Below, one piece after another: positions 8,650-19,097 of a stretch of 64,000 nt of DNA. The stretch is from positions 1-64,000 of IMG/VR virus record IMGVR_UViG_3300023174_000102; one strand, 5' to 3'. The stretch is from a virus. Position 1 is the first letter of the stretch. The number at the start of each line of letters is the position of its first letter. Made by a program: the position numbers and the translations under genes. The notes below the pieces were generated by a model. That model made no database searches. It was not told where the DNA came from and was given only the letters and a program-made list of their open reading frames with translations.

Positions 8650-10683
8650 ATGTCAGATTTTTTTAGTTTTAGACTTCCAGAGGATTTTGTAGGAAAGTAC
8701 AAAAATCAAGAGAGCCCATTTGGATTTAAAGATGCAGCAGAAAACTCACTTGGAGAAATTACTTTTATTCGTACATATTCTCGTATGAAGGAAGATGGAA
8801 CTAAAGAGCGTTGGCATGAGGTATGCCGTCGTGTAATCGAGGGTATGTATTCAGTACAAAAGAATCATGCTAAAGAAAATCGTTTGCCATGGAACGATTA
8901 CAAGGCTCAAAAATCAGCACAAGAAGCATTTCAAAGAATGTTTGAGTTGAAGTGGACTCCACCAGGACGAGGTATGTGGGCATTCGGAACTCCTATGACT
9001 ATGGAGAAGAAGAACTCAGCAGCATTACAAAACTGTGCAATGGTTTCTACAAAGGACCTTGACAAGAATGATCCAGGAGCATTATTTGCTTGGGTCATGG
9101 ATGCACTTATGCTTGGCATTGGTGTAGGGTTTGATACAGTAGGACAGGATAAGAATTTTTTAATCTATGCCCCAACAGAACCAGAACAGGTGTTCGAAAT
9201 TCCAGACACTCGTGAAGGATGGGTAGAGTCAGTCAGACTTCTAATAAACTCATACCTTAGAGCAAACCAGAGTATTCAAAAGTTTAACTACGATTTGATT
9301 AGACCTCTTGGTGCACCTATTAAGGGCTTTGGAGGGGTTGCTTCAGGGCCTGAACCTCTTATTAAGTTGCACGACCAGATAGACCGTGTAATCGGCTCCA
9401 GAGGCGGAGAAACGCTAGACTCTCGTGCCATCGTAGACCTTGTAAACCTTATTGGTACCTGCGTGGTATCAGGTAATGTTCGCAGATCAGCAACACTGGC
9501 TTTGGGTACTGCAGGAGATGACACATTCATGAATCTAAAGAATTCAGAAATGTTCCCAGAACGCAATTCATTTGATCCAGATAATCCAGGTTGGGCTTGG
9601 ATGTCTAATAATTCTATTTCAGCAGAAGTGGGAACAAAGTACGAAGACTATGTAGATTTAATTACAGAAAACGGAGAACCAGGTTTTATCTGGCTTGATG
9701 TTGCTCGTAATTATGGACGACTAAAGGATGCGCCAGACGGTAAGGATTATCGTGTGATGGGATTTAACCCATGTGCGGAGCAGCCATTGGAATCATACGA
9801 ATTATGTACACTTGTAGAAGTGCACTTGAATCGTCATGAATCTAAGGAGGACTTCCTGCGTACCCTGAAGTTTGCATACCTTTATGGAAAGACTGTAACG
9901 CTTGTTCCAACACACTGGCCACAAACAAACGGTATCATGCAACGCAACCGTCGTATTGGTACATCACTAACAGGTATTGCGTCATTTGCAGATCAAAAGG
10001 GTTTGCCAATTGTTCGTGAGTGGATGGACGAAGGATACAACAAGATCCGTCACTATGACCACCAGTATTCAGAATGGCTTTGTGTTCGTGAATCAATTCG
10101 TGTAACAACAGTTAAGCCATCAGGGTCAGTTTCAATTCTTTCTGGTGCAACTCCTGGAGTTCACTGGGGTCCTGGAGGAAACTTCTTCCTTCGTGCAGTT
10201 AGATTTGGAAACACAGATCCAATGATGCACTTGTTTAAAGCAGCAGGGTACACAATTGAAGATGACGTAGTATCAGCAAATACATCAGTAGTTTACTTCC
10301 CAATCAAGTCAGGTCATCCAAGATCTGAAAAGGATGTAACCTTGTTTGAAAAGATTGCACTTGCTGCAACTGCTCAAAAGTATTGGTCTGATAACGGTGT
10401 TTCTGTAACGCTTTCTTTTGACAAGGAAACAGAATCAAAGCATGTTGTTCCAGCACTTCATATGTACGAAGGACAACTAAAGGCAGTATCATTCCTTCCA
10501 ATGGGAAATACAGTTTATCCACAACAGCCATATACTCAGATTACTGAAGAAGAATATGATTCTTATATTGGCAAGTTGAAGCACATTGATTTTTCTGCTA
10601 TTTATGATGGAGCAGAAAATCTTGAGGCTCAAGGAGAGATGTACTGCACTACAGATTACTGTGAAATCAAAATAAACAAGTAG
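8650..10683 (+). CDS. nrdJ: Class II adenosylcobalamin-dependent ribonucleotide reductase, monomeric RTPR type
   Basis: PPGRG, ALQNC, VSGNVRRSA, GFNPCAEQ (radical Cys), TTVKPSGS, C-terminal CTTDYC redox pair; no beta-subunit gene nearby. Confidence 0.93.
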   Translation: MSDFFSFRLPEDFVGKYKNQESPFGFKDAAENSLGEITFIRTYSRMKEDGTKERWHEVCRRVIEGMYSVQKNHAKENRLPWNDYKAQKSAQEAFQRMFELKWTPPGRGMWAFGTPMTMEKKNSAALQNCAMVSTKDLDKNDPGALFAWVMDALMLGIGVGFDTVGQDKNFLIYAPTEPEQVFEIPDTREGWVESVRLLINSYLRANQSIQKFNYDLIRPLGAPIKGFGGVASGPEPLIKLHDQIDRVIGSRGGETLDSRAIVDLVNLIGTCVVSGNVRRSATLALGTAGDDTFMNLKNSEMFPERNSFDPDNPGWAWMSNNSISAEVGTKYEDYVDLITENGEPGFIWLDVARNYGRLKDAPDGKDYRVMGFNPCAEQPLESYELCTLVEVHLNRHESKEDFLRTLKFAYLYGKTVTLVPTHWPQTNGIMQRNRRIGTSLTGIASFADQKGLPIVREWMDEGYNKIRHYDHQYSEWLCVRESIRVTTVKPSGSVSILSGATPGVHWGPGGNFFLRAVRFGNTDPMMHLFKAAGYTIEDDVVSANTSVVYFPIKSGHPRSEKDVTLFEKIALAATAQKYWSDNGVSVTLSFDKETESKHVVPALHMYEGQLKAVSFLPMGNTVYPQQPYTQITEEEYDSYIGKLKHIDFSAIYDGAENLEAQGEMYCTTDYCEIKINK

Positions 10684-10708
10684 TCTTCTGTGGTAAAATA
10701 GACCTATA

Positions 10709-13700
10709 ATGTCTAATCCATCCAACCTATATGCAGAAAAAGTCTTTGCTGAGCATCCGACTGGCTTATGGGCATTGGATGATAAAGCAGACTATATTTC
10801 TTTAATTTCAGAACCACAAAGAATTTTATCAGATCCAACAAAATGGGATATAACTGGAGGAACTGCTTCGGCATATCCTAACTCAGTTGATGAACCGTTT
10901 ATTCAAAGTTATGTTGGAAGAATTGTTGCAATCCCAACATCAAATGATTCATCTTCAATTATTGCTATTAGCAAAGATATAATGAATTTAAAAGATTTTA
11001 ATAAATACCTAAAAACTTTTTCTGTTGGCGGATACTTTTATTCTGAAAGCGCATATATTGTAGGCTTTGAAATTGGATATCAGTATACAGACACAACAAG
11101 TGGACAGGATATAACTCATTTAAAAAATTACGATACCGTAATAAATAATAATTGGATTTTTATATCAGAGACATTTGATACACCACCAGATGAGACTGGA
11201 ATTAGGCTAGTATTTAAGATTAATTTTGTTGGTGGGTCAGAAACAGAAGATGCATTCTTGGTAAATGGAATAAGCCTTGGACAGTGGTCAGAAGAGTTTG
11301 CTTCAACATCTCTTGGAGTTGAGCCAATAGATATTCCTTCTGACATATCAATTGCACCACAAAAAGGAATAGTGTCAAAGTGTTATGGTCTACAGCAACT
11401 AGATGGATATTACTTAGTTGCCGATAATATGCTTAAGGCAAAAAATTCAGGAATCCCAATTGTTTATGGAACTTCAGGTTTGACAACAATGTATCCAAAT
11501 GGAGACAATCCTTCTTTAATAGTTCCAGGAGTTGGTTTATTAAATGAGTCTGGAAAGTTTAAGCAATATACCCTTGAAACTTGGCTAAGAATAAACTCAT
11601 ATAGCAATGATAGAAAAAGAATAATTGGACCAATCGCATCTGATGATGGCATATATGTTGATGGGCCTTCTATTGGACTAAAAATAGGAAATGAATATTC
11701 TACTTATTATGTTGGTGAATGGACAAGGCCAATGTTAGTTCACATGAGAGTTGGCAAAGATGTAGCATCCCTTGTTATTAATGGTCAAGAGGTTATTTCT
11801 TTAACTTATTTAACAGAAGATCTTGTTCTTCCAACTATGCTAGATGAAAATGATAAAGATCAAGATTGGATAGGTTTTTATGCACACGAGGATATATATC
11901 CAATAGAATTTGACTGTGTTGGAATTTATCCTTATATTGTCGCATCTGCTGTTGCAAAAAGAAGGTTTGTTTTTGGGCAGGGTGTTGAAATTCCAGAAAA
12001 TATAAATACATCGTATAGTGGTACATCTGTTTTTATTGATTATTCTTTTGCAGACTATACATCAAACTATTCATATCCAAAAACTGGATCATGGAATCAA
12101 GGTTTTAAAGATAATATTTCCATATCAAGTAAATCTCTTTCTGTTTTATCTCATCCTCTTCCAGAAATAGTTCTATCATCAAAAACAAAAGAAGAACTTT
12201 TTGCAGATTGTAAAGCAGTTCAGTCATCAGATACCAATAAGTTCTTTTCGTTTAGACCAAACTCATCTTGGAATTCTATTTCTGGTTATTTATTCTTTAA
12301 AAACTTTGACTCAATAAAAACTCCTGTTTCTGCATTCTATGGATCTTTTAGATTGCCACAATCATCAACTTCTATGCAAACACTTTTTAGAATTGAAAAA
12401 GAAAATACAAGCAATTACTTTTTAATACAACTTATCAATAATCAAATATCTTATGTTATAAATTACAACGGAATTACAGAAACGCTATATTCTCCATTAG
12501 TGGCAGAGCCAGGAGAGTTAGTTGACATAGGAGTTAATATTCCAGCATTTATTTCTAGGTTTGGAAATCCAGCATCAGATTTCTTTGGTTCTTTGTCAGA
12601 TCTAAGAATGTATGTTGGAGGAGATAAAACTGGATCTTCTACCTTTACTGGCAAGATATACAGAGTGGGTTTATGTTCAAACTATAATTTTCAAAAAATT
12701 AGATTTTTGTTTAATGAGATAGGTGTTCCAATCTGGAATGAAGATCTCTTTGCAGTTTATCAAAATAATCAATTAATAAATGTAGACGGAGGAGTAGATA
12801 CAACATCCATGCCACCATCAGGAGGAATAACTGATACTGCTAATGGAGCACTGTCTGGTGGCGGTGTATTAATTACTGACGAAGATAGTCTCCTTGACCA
12901 TGTTGCAACATATACATTAATTCCACAAACAATATTTGATACATACAAGTTGGCAGTATCTGCAAGCGCATACTGGGAAGATAATCTTCCCCTAACATAT
13001 TTTGCTGAATCTGTTCTTGATAAAAGAGGTGATCAGTACTTTGATCTTGATTTTATTCAATTTAATATTGATTATCCAATACCGTCAAAAACAATTGCAA
13101 TAGATACAGATCCAGAAGATTGGACATATGCAGATTTAGCAAATGAGTATGGAGTTCCAGTTCAAAGAAGTTATACATCTCTGGATAACTACTTGTTTAC
13201 TGGATATAATGATTATGAAGATTTAAAAAATAAAGTTGCAAAAGACTATAGATATGATACTGACGGTGCTGCAGTAAAAAGTTATGTAACATTTCAATAT
13301 ACAGAACTAGGAGCAAATCAGACATACTTTTATTTTACAAAAATTGAAAGACCTTCTAGAGATGGAATACTTATACCTGGGTCAGACTGGATGACAACAA
13401 AGTATGAAGTTGTAGATAATATGATTATTTATCCACCAGCAGGCGTAGATTTTAATGACCTATCTATTGTTACACATATAGAGATGAATGTTAAAGACTC
13501 AGAAAAAAACAATATTTCAATTAAAAAACTTTCGTATGCATCTCAAGCACTTAACGAATCTGATGCAAGCCCAATAGGAACAAGGTTTGGAACTTCTATA
13601 TATCCTTATACTAAGACTGGAATATATTACAATTTTAAAAGAAAAAATCCATTTTCAATTTATAATGGATCTTCCCCTTATTTATATCTAACAAAAACAA

Positions 13701-14434
13701 GCGGAATACAGTTGCGTGGAAAGTATGATCCACTTATCAATAGAGGTCTTTTGATTCCTGTAAATACAAGTAGAGCAGAAGGATTTAAGGTTATAGCAAT
13801 GCAAATGGCTTTAAGATTTGATGGAGAATACTTCCCTTACGCTCCAACACAGATTTTTGAAATGCAAAGCAAGGACTCTTACATAAAGTTTTATATGGTT
13901 GCAAATGATCCTAGTGGCAAGAGAGCAAAAATTTATGCTATAGATGCAAAGACGGGTCTTGTTCAAAATGGAATTGGTTTTTACTGGAATGGAAAAATTG
14001 TAAAAGAGCCAGTCATTACCCTGCAAGAGTGGGGATTCCTTGGAATTAACTTTGCAGATAGACTAAACTTTTCGTTTTTTGAAGGAGCGCTAAGACTAAC
14101 TGGTCCACTACTATTTAACAGCATATCCTATTATCAATCTACAAATCTACAAGAAGTACAGAATACATCAGAAAGGCCGTGGTTTAGAGTCAAGGTGCTT
14201 GGTTCTTATGGACTTGACTGGAAATTCTGGAACACTGGATCTTTTAATTGGAACAAGGTTCTTGTCCTATCGGAAACAAGTTACTATGGTGTCAATCCAT
14301 CAGATGTTTACAAGAGTTATACTGGTACTAATAAGATTATTGTAGACGATGATAGACCTGTTGTGTTAGGGCAATACGCATATACGCTATTTACTAACGT
14401 AAACTGGAAACAGTTTGTCCAAGACCCTGTTTAA
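10709..14434 (+). CDS. Large virion structural/minor tail protein with LamG/concanavalin-like segments
   Basis: Starts YAEKVFAEHPTGLWALDD; YTLETWLRI and SLVINGQEV LamG-like motifs; lies just before the portal. Confidence 0.55.
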   Translation: MSNPSNLYAEKVFAEHPTGLWALDDKADYISLISEPQRILSDPTKWDITGGTASAYPNSVDEPFIQSYVGRIVAIPTSNDSSSIIAISKDIMNLKDFNKYLKTFSVGGYFYSESAYIVGFEIGYQYTDTTSGQDITHLKNYDTVINNNWIFISETFDTPPDETGIRLVFKINFVGGSETEDAFLVNGISLGQWSEEFASTSLGVEPIDIPSDISIAPQKGIVSKCYGLQQLDGYYLVADNMLKAKNSGIPIVYGTSGLTTMYPNGDNPSLIVPGVGLLNESGKFKQYTLETWLRINSYSNDRKRIIGPIASDDGIYVDGPSIGLKIGNEYSTYYVGEWTRPMLVHMRVGKDVASLVINGQEVISLTYLTEDLVLPTMLDENDKDQDWIGFYAHEDIYPIEFDCVGIYPYIVASAVAKRRFVFGQGVEIPENINTSYSGTSVFIDYSFADYTSNYSYPKTGSWNQGFKDNISISSKSLSVLSHPLPEIVLSSKTKEELFADCKAVQSSDTNKFFSFRPNSSWNSISGYLFFKNFDSIKTPVSAFYGSFRLPQSSTSMQTLFRIEKENTSNYFLIQLINNQISYVINYNGITETLYSPLVAEPGELVDIGVNIPAFISRFGNPASDFFGSLSDLRMYVGGDKTGSSTFTGKIYRVGLCSNYNFQKIRFLFNEIGVPIWNEDLFAVYQNNQLINVDGGVDTTSMPPSGGITDTANGALSGGGVLITDEDSLLDHVATYTLIPQTIFDTYKLAVSASAYWEDNLPLTYFAESVLDKRGDQYFDLDFIQFNIDYPIPSKTIAIDTDPEDWTYADLANEYGVPVQRSYTSLDNYLFTGYNDYEDLKNKVAKDYRYDTDGAAVKSYVTFQYTELGANQTYFYFTKIERPSRDGILIPGSDWMTTKYEVVDNMIIYPPAGVDFNDLSIVTHIEMNVKDSEKNNISIKKLSYASQALNESDASPIGTRFGTSIYPYTKTGIYYNFKRKNPFSIYNGSSPYLYLTKTSGIQLRGKYDPLINRGLLIPVNTSRAEGFKVIAMQMALRFDGEYFPYAPTQIFEMQSKDSYIKFYMVANDPSGKRAKIYAIDAKTGLVQNGIGFYWNGKIVKEPVITLQEWGFLGINFADRLNFSFFEGALRLTGPLLFNSISYYQSTNLQEVQNTSERPWFRVKVLGSYGLDWKFWNTGSFNWNKVLVLSETSYYGVNPSDVYKSYTGTNKIIVDDDRPVVLGQYAYTLFTNVNWKQFVQDPV

Positions 14435-14452
14435 TATGGTATACTTGTGGTT

Positions 14453-14857
14453 ATGAATATGGAAAATCCAAACAAAAAGCGTAAAACATTGCCAAAAATG
14501 AAGGGTCAAGTGGGTGAGTCCCGTGCAACAATTATTGAAAAGCACTATGATTGGGGCCTTTATGTATATAAAAAGGCTAACGGAAAGTGGTTTACGGATG
14601 GAACTGGGTCAGTTTTAAACATTGAGTCCATGAAGGGCGACATTGCACAGATTGCAAAACTCCGTGATGCTGCAAAATATTACGGGGATGAAGGAGATGG
14701 AGAATGCATCTTTGTACCAGGACTAACTAGAATTTCAGAAGAAGAGTATTCTGAGCAAAAGCAAAGACTTGCAGAAGGATACATCCCATCGATGAATGAT
14801 CTTGGTGCATGGAAGGCTGCTCAGGATACAGTTAACAAATATGGAAGTGATGAATAA
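14453..14857 (+). CDS. Conserved hypothetical protein upstream of portal; probably leaderless
   Basis: ORF track 14447..14857; TGGTATACT at 14437-14445 lies 7 nt before ATG 14453. Confidence 0.6.
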   Translation: MNMENPNKKRKTLPKMKGQVGESRATIIEKHYDWGLYVYKKANGKWFTDGTGSVLNIESMKGDIAQIAKLRDAAKYYGDEGDGECIFVPGLTRISEEEYSEQKQRLAEGYIPSMNDLGAWKAAQDTVNKYGSDE

Positions 14858-16467
14858 TGAGCGATGAGATGGAGTACAGAATTGGTGCACGTATTGACGA
14901 GTTGCCAAAATCAGATGATACTTTTGTAAAGCAGGATCCATTTAATAAAGATTGGGATGACCTAAAAAGCCTTAGTGGTTTAGATAATAACTTTAAACGC
15001 CGTGCACAAAGAATATCAAAGACAGAAGCAAGCCCTGGATACATTGATAGCGCAATGGCAATAAGCACTGGAATTAATGGAGCAGCATCAAAAGAAATCA
15101 ATCCTGGACTTATTTATCGTAACGGATATGGATTGTTTGATGTAATTACTCCTCCGTGGAATTTATATGAATTAGCAAACTATTATGATACATCTTTTGC
15201 AAACCACGCAGCCATTGATGCAAAGGTAGAAAATATTGTAGGTTTAGGATATGACTTTAGTGTATCTCCAAGAACAATGTTAAAACTAGAATCTTCAGTA
15301 GACTCTGCTGCAACAGATCGTGCACGTAAAAGAATTGAAAGAGCAAAGATTGAAATGCGTGACTGGTTGGAAAGCCTAAACACAGAAGACTCTTTTACAT
15401 CATCTATGGAAAAGGTGTACACAGACCTGCAAGCAACTGGAAATGCATACCTAGAAATAGGTAGAACTGTAACTGGTGAGATTGGATATGTTGGCCACAT
15501 ACCAGCAACAACAATTCGTGTTCGTAGACTACGCGATGGATTTGTTCAGGTAATTGGAAACAAAGTTGTTTATTTCCGTAACTTTGGGGCAACAAATCCA
15601 AACCCACTTGGAACAGATCCAAGACCAAACGAAATTATTCATTTTAAGCAATACTCACCACTGAACACTTTTTACGGGGTTCCAGATATTATCTCTGCAA
15701 TTAATTCTTTGTATGGAGATTCTCTTGCTTCACAATACAATATTGACTACTTTAGTAATAAGGCTGTTCCAAGATATGTTGTTACATTAAAAGGCGCAAA
15801 GTTATCTGCAGAAGCAGAAGATAAGATGTTTAGATTTTTGCAAACTGGTCTTAAGGGGCAAAACCATAGAACTCTATATATTCCTCTTCCTCCAGATTCA
15901 GATACCAACAAGGTTGAGTTTAAGATGGAGCCAATTGAAAACGGTATTCAAGAAGGATCCTTTAAAGAATATAGAAAGCAAAACCGCGATGATATATTAA
16001 TTGCACATCAAGTTCCACTATCAAAAATAGGTGGAGATTCTGGGTCTATTTCTTCTGCACTATCACAGGATAGAACATTCAAGGAGCAGGTTGCAAGACC
16101 ATCACAAAGGCAACTTGAAAAGCAAATAAATAAAATCATTCGTGAAAAAACAGATATTCTAGAGTTTAAGTTTAATGAGTTAACTCTTACAGATGAGATT
16201 ACTCAGTCTCAAATTCTTGAGCGTTATGTTAAGAATCAAATTATTGTTCCTAACGAAGCAAGAGAGCAGTTGGGGCTTCCACAGCGTCCAGGAGGAGATG
16301 ATCCACTAGAGATGAATCCTCAGCAGGCAGCAGATGCAACTGCAAATAGACAAAGAGACGCAGAGCGCACCAACAACAACTCAGATAGCCCATCTACAGT
16401 ATCTGGCAGAAACCCAAAAGGTGAAGGCAGAAAGTTTGATGGAGAGTCTGAATTGTCCATATTGTGA
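14857..16467 (+). CDS. Portal protein
   Basis: HAAIDAKVENIVGLG, TGNAYLEI, HIPATTIR, EIIHFK, YGVPDI, PNEAREQLGLP portal motifs; position before protease and capsid. Confidence 0.92.
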   Translation: MSDEMEYRIGARIDELPKSDDTFVKQDPFNKDWDDLKSLSGLDNNFKRRAQRISKTEASPGYIDSAMAISTGINGAASKEINPGLIYRNGYGLFDVITPPWNLYELANYYDTSFANHAAIDAKVENIVGLGYDFSVSPRTMLKLESSVDSAATDRARKRIERAKIEMRDWLESLNTEDSFTSSMEKVYTDLQATGNAYLEIGRTVTGEIGYVGHIPATTIRVRRLRDGFVQVIGNKVVYFRNFGATNPNPLGTDPRPNEIIHFKQYSPLNTFYGVPDIISAINSLYGDSLASQYNIDYFSNKAVPRYVVTLKGAKLSAEAEDKMFRFLQTGLKGQNHRTLYIPLPPDSDTNKVEFKMEPIENGIQEGSFKEYRKQNRDDILIAHQVPLSKIGGDSGSISSALSQDRTFKEQVARPSQRQLEKQINKIIREKTDILEFKFNELTLTDEITQSQILERYVKNQIIVPNEAREQLGLPQRPGGDDPLEMNPQQAADATANRQRDAERTNNNSDSPSTVSGRNPKGEGRKFDGESELSIL

Positions 16468-16496
16468 TATAATTGTAAAAAGGGGTTTATAATATA

Positions 16497-17840
16497 ATGG
16501 TGAGCAATATATCTAAAGCCCATTGGAATTCAGATGGGGAAAATTTACGTCTTTCTATGCCACTTACTAAAGTGGACAAGGAGCGTAGAATCGTTTCTGG
16601 TTTTGCTTCTTTAGATAATATCGATAAGCAAGATGATATTGTAACAGCAGAAGCATCAATGGCAGCATTTGCAAAGTTTCGTGGTAACATCAGAGAAATG
16701 CATCAGCCAGTAGCGGTAGGCAAAATGGTAGACTTTAAAGAAGATAAATATTTTGATCCAGAAACAAAGAAGTTTTATAAGGGTGTATTTGTATCTGCTT
16801 ATGTTTCAAAGGGTGCACAGGATACATGGGAAAAGGTTCTTGATGGAACACTGACTGGTTTTTCAATCGGTGGTCGTATGAACAAGTGGGATGATGCTTA
16901 TGATGAGAAGTCAGATAAAGCAATTAGAGTTATTAAGGAATATGATTTAGTAGAGTTGAGTCTTGTTGATTCCCCTGCTAATCAGTTTGCAAATATTGTT
17001 TCAGTAGAAAAAGTTGATGGCGTAGATGTAATCAAGGCAGACTCTACTGTATTAGAAAATGTTTTTTATGATAAAGAAAATGGAATTGTAATCGCATCTG
17101 AAAATGAATCAGAAGTCAGCCCAATTACTGGTGAGCAGATGGAAAATATAGGGTTCGTTGAAAAAACGGATAGTGAAAAGACAAACATGATAAAATTCTT
17201 AGTTGATAGTGCTAAAGGCATTAATACTTCTAAGATGAACAAGGAGGAAAACCTTATGGCAAAAGCAACAAAAAATACAACAGATGAGATTGTTTCAAAA
17301 TCAGAAGTTGTTGTTGAAAACACAGAGGTCGCTCCAGAGGCAGATCAGGTAGTAGAAGCAGTTGTAGAAGAAGTAGTTAGCGCTGATGAAGCAGTAACTA
17401 CAGAAGCAGTTGCTGAACCTGTTGCTGAAGAAGTTGCAAAGTCAGATGACGTTGTTGCAGAAGCAGTTGCAGAGGCTACAGTAGCATCTAAGTCAGATGA
17501 AGTAATTGCAGAAGCAGTTGCAGAAATCAATGACGGTCTTAATAAAGCCTTTAGCGATCTAGTAGAAGTAGTCAAGTCATTACAAGCAGAGGTAGAACTA
17601 TTGAAGTCTACCAAGGTTGATGTTGACGTGGCAAAGAGTTCATTTGAGGCAGTTGCAAAAGATATTGCATCAGCAACAAATGTATTTAATGAATTTGGTA
17701 AGCGTGTGGAACTTGTAGAGCAAGACACTGCTTTCCGAAAGTCTGGCGATCTCGGCGAGATAGTACAGAATCAACCTGAAACGGTTGAAAAATCCCTATG
17801 GGGCGGTAGTTTCCTCAAAACAGCCGATCTATTCAGTTAG
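16497..17840 (+). CDS. Prohead protease (XkdF/HK97-like) fused to acidic scaffold domain
   Basis: RIVSGFAS..DKQDDIV, REMH, WEKVLDGTLTGFSIGG, ELSLVDSPAN; Glu/Ala/Val-rich C-terminal half. Confidence 0.88.
   Translation: MVSNISKAHWNSDGENLRLSMPLTKVDKERRIVSGFASLDNIDKQDDIVTAEASMAAFAKFRGNIREMHQPVAVGKMVDFKEDKYFDPETKKFYKGVFVSAYVSKGAQDTWEKVLDGTLTGFSIGGRMNKWDDAYDEKSDKAIRVIKEYDLVELSLVDSPANQFANIVSVEKVDGVDVIKADSTVLENVFYDKENGIVIASENESEVSPITGEQMENIGFVEKTDSEKTNMIKFLVDSAKGINTSKMNKEENLMAKATKNTTDEIVSKSEVVVENTEVAPEADQVVEAVVEEVVSADEAVTTEAVAEPVAEEVAKSDDVVAEAVAEATVASKSDEVIAEAVAEINDGLNKAFSDLVEVVKSLQAEVELLKSTKVDVDVAKSSFEAVAKDIASATNVFNEFGKRVELVEQDTAFRKSGDLGEIVQNQPETVEKSLWGGSFLKTADLFS
17256..17840 (+). CDS. Probable nested in-frame scaffolding protein
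   Basis: AAGGAGG at 17241-17247, 8 nt before in-frame ATG 17256, at the start of the acidic region. Confidence 0.65.
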   Translation: MAKATKNTTDEIVSKSEVVVENTEVAPEADQVVEAVVEEVVSADEAVTTEAVAEPVAEEVAKSDDVVAEAVAEATVASKSDEVIAEAVAEINDGLNKAFSDLVEVVKSLQAEVELLKSTKVDVDVAKSSFEAVAKDIASATNVFNEFGKRVELVEQDTAFRKSGDLGEIVQNQPETVEKSLWGGSFLKTADLFS

Positions 17841-17863
17841 AAAAAATCACAGGAGGTGACAAT

Positions 17864-19006
17864 ATGTCGGAACAAAATATAGAAAAGAACCAGCCAGGTA
17901 CTTCAGGTAACCTAGGCGGAACAGCACCAGGACTCTATCAGGGTCAGGGAGCATTTGCATCAGGTTCAGATGCAGGAGTAAATGTACCAGGTAATTATAC
18001 TGACGGTGGTGTATTGGGTAATATCCCAACAGCACGATTCGGAGTTAATGATGGTCCAAACGCAGTAAATCCTTCAGGTGAGGCTGGATCAGGTATCCTA
18101 CGCCCAGAGCAGGCACGTCGTTTTATTGACTACGTGTGGGATGCAACCATTCTCGCCCAAGATGGCCGTCGCGTTACTATGAGAGCCAACACAATGGAAC
18201 TCGAAAAGGTAAACGTCGGAGAGCGTGTAATCCGTGCAGCAGCGCAAGCAGTTGGCGACTACACAAACGCAGGTGCAACATTCTCAAAGGTTGAATTGAC
18301 TACAAAGAAGATTCGTCTTGACTGGGAAGTATCTGCAGAAGCACTAGAAGATAACATCGAAGGTGCAGCACTAGAAGATCACATTGTTCGCTTGATGACA
18401 AATGCTTTCGGTAATGATATCGAAGACCTTGCAATCAACGGAGATGGCGCAACAGGCAATTTCTTGTCAATCATGAACGGTTTCGTAAACCGTGTAAAGA
18501 CTGAGGGAGATGCACATGAAGCAGTTGTTACAGTTGCAAACAATAACTGGACAACAGACGCAATGCAGAAGATTATTCTTGCAATGCCACGTAAGTACCG
18601 TGCTATCAAGTCTAACTTGAAGTTCTACGCAGGAACAGATGCATTCCAGGGAATCGTTAAGAATAACGGTACTCTAGCAGATGCAGTTGCTGAAGCATTT
18701 GCTTCACAGGCTGGTGGAACACCAATGAACCGTCAGGCATACCTTGATGGTGGAGCACAGACATTCGGTGGAGCACGTACAACACGTGTTCTAGGTGTAG
18801 ATGTTCAGGAAGTTCCTTACTACCCTGCAGGATATGTCGACTTGACATTCCCACAGAACCGTGTATGGGGATTCCAGCGCGATATCACAGTAAACCGTGA
18901 ATACCGTCCAAAGAAGGATACTGTAGAATACACAGTATTCGTTCGTTTTGGTATTCAGTGGGAAGAGCAGGATGCAATTGCATTCGCTGATGCTGCAGCA
19001 GAGTAA
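17864..19006 (+). CDS. Major capsid protein (HK97 fold)
   Basis: AGGAGG RBS; GILRPEQARRFID, VSAEALEDNIEG, EDLAINGD motifs; follows protease/scaffold. Confidence 0.92.
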   Translation: MSEQNIEKNQPGTSGNLGGTAPGLYQGQGAFASGSDAGVNVPGNYTDGGVLGNIPTARFGVNDGPNAVNPSGEAGSGILRPEQARRFIDYVWDATILAQDGRRVTMRANTMELEKVNVGERVIRAAAQAVGDYTNAGATFSKVELTTKKIRLDWEVSAEALEDNIEGAALEDHIVRLMTNAFGNDIEDLAINGDGATGNFLSIMNGFVNRVKTEGDAHEAVVTVANNNWTTDAMQKIILAMPRKYRAIKSNLKFYAGTDAFQGIVKNNGTLADAVAEAFASQAGGTPMNRQAYLDGGAQTFGGARTTRVLGVDVQEVPYYPAGYVDLTFPQNRVWGFQRDITVNREYRPKKDTVEYTVFVRFGIQWEEQDAIAFADAAAE

Positions 19007-19027
19007 TCTGTAAACAGTACAATTTAG

Positions 19028-19057
19028 GGGGAGTAGGAGTTAACGCTCCTGCTCCCC
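19028..19057 (+). terminator. Strong hairpin after capsid gene (terminator or mRNA stabiliser)
   Basis: GGGGAGTAGGAG-TTAACG-CTCCTGCTCCCC, 12-bp stem with one G-U; U-tail is weak. Confidence 0.7.
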
Positions 19058-19070
19058 TTACTACTTATAA

Positions 19071-19079
19071 TGATATAAT
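19071..19079 (+). promoter_or_regulatory. Extended -10 promoter element (TGATATAAT)
   Basis: Directly after the hairpin, before AGGAGG and ATG 19098. Confidence 0.6.
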
Positions 19080-19097
19080 ACTATTTAGGAGGCAATA

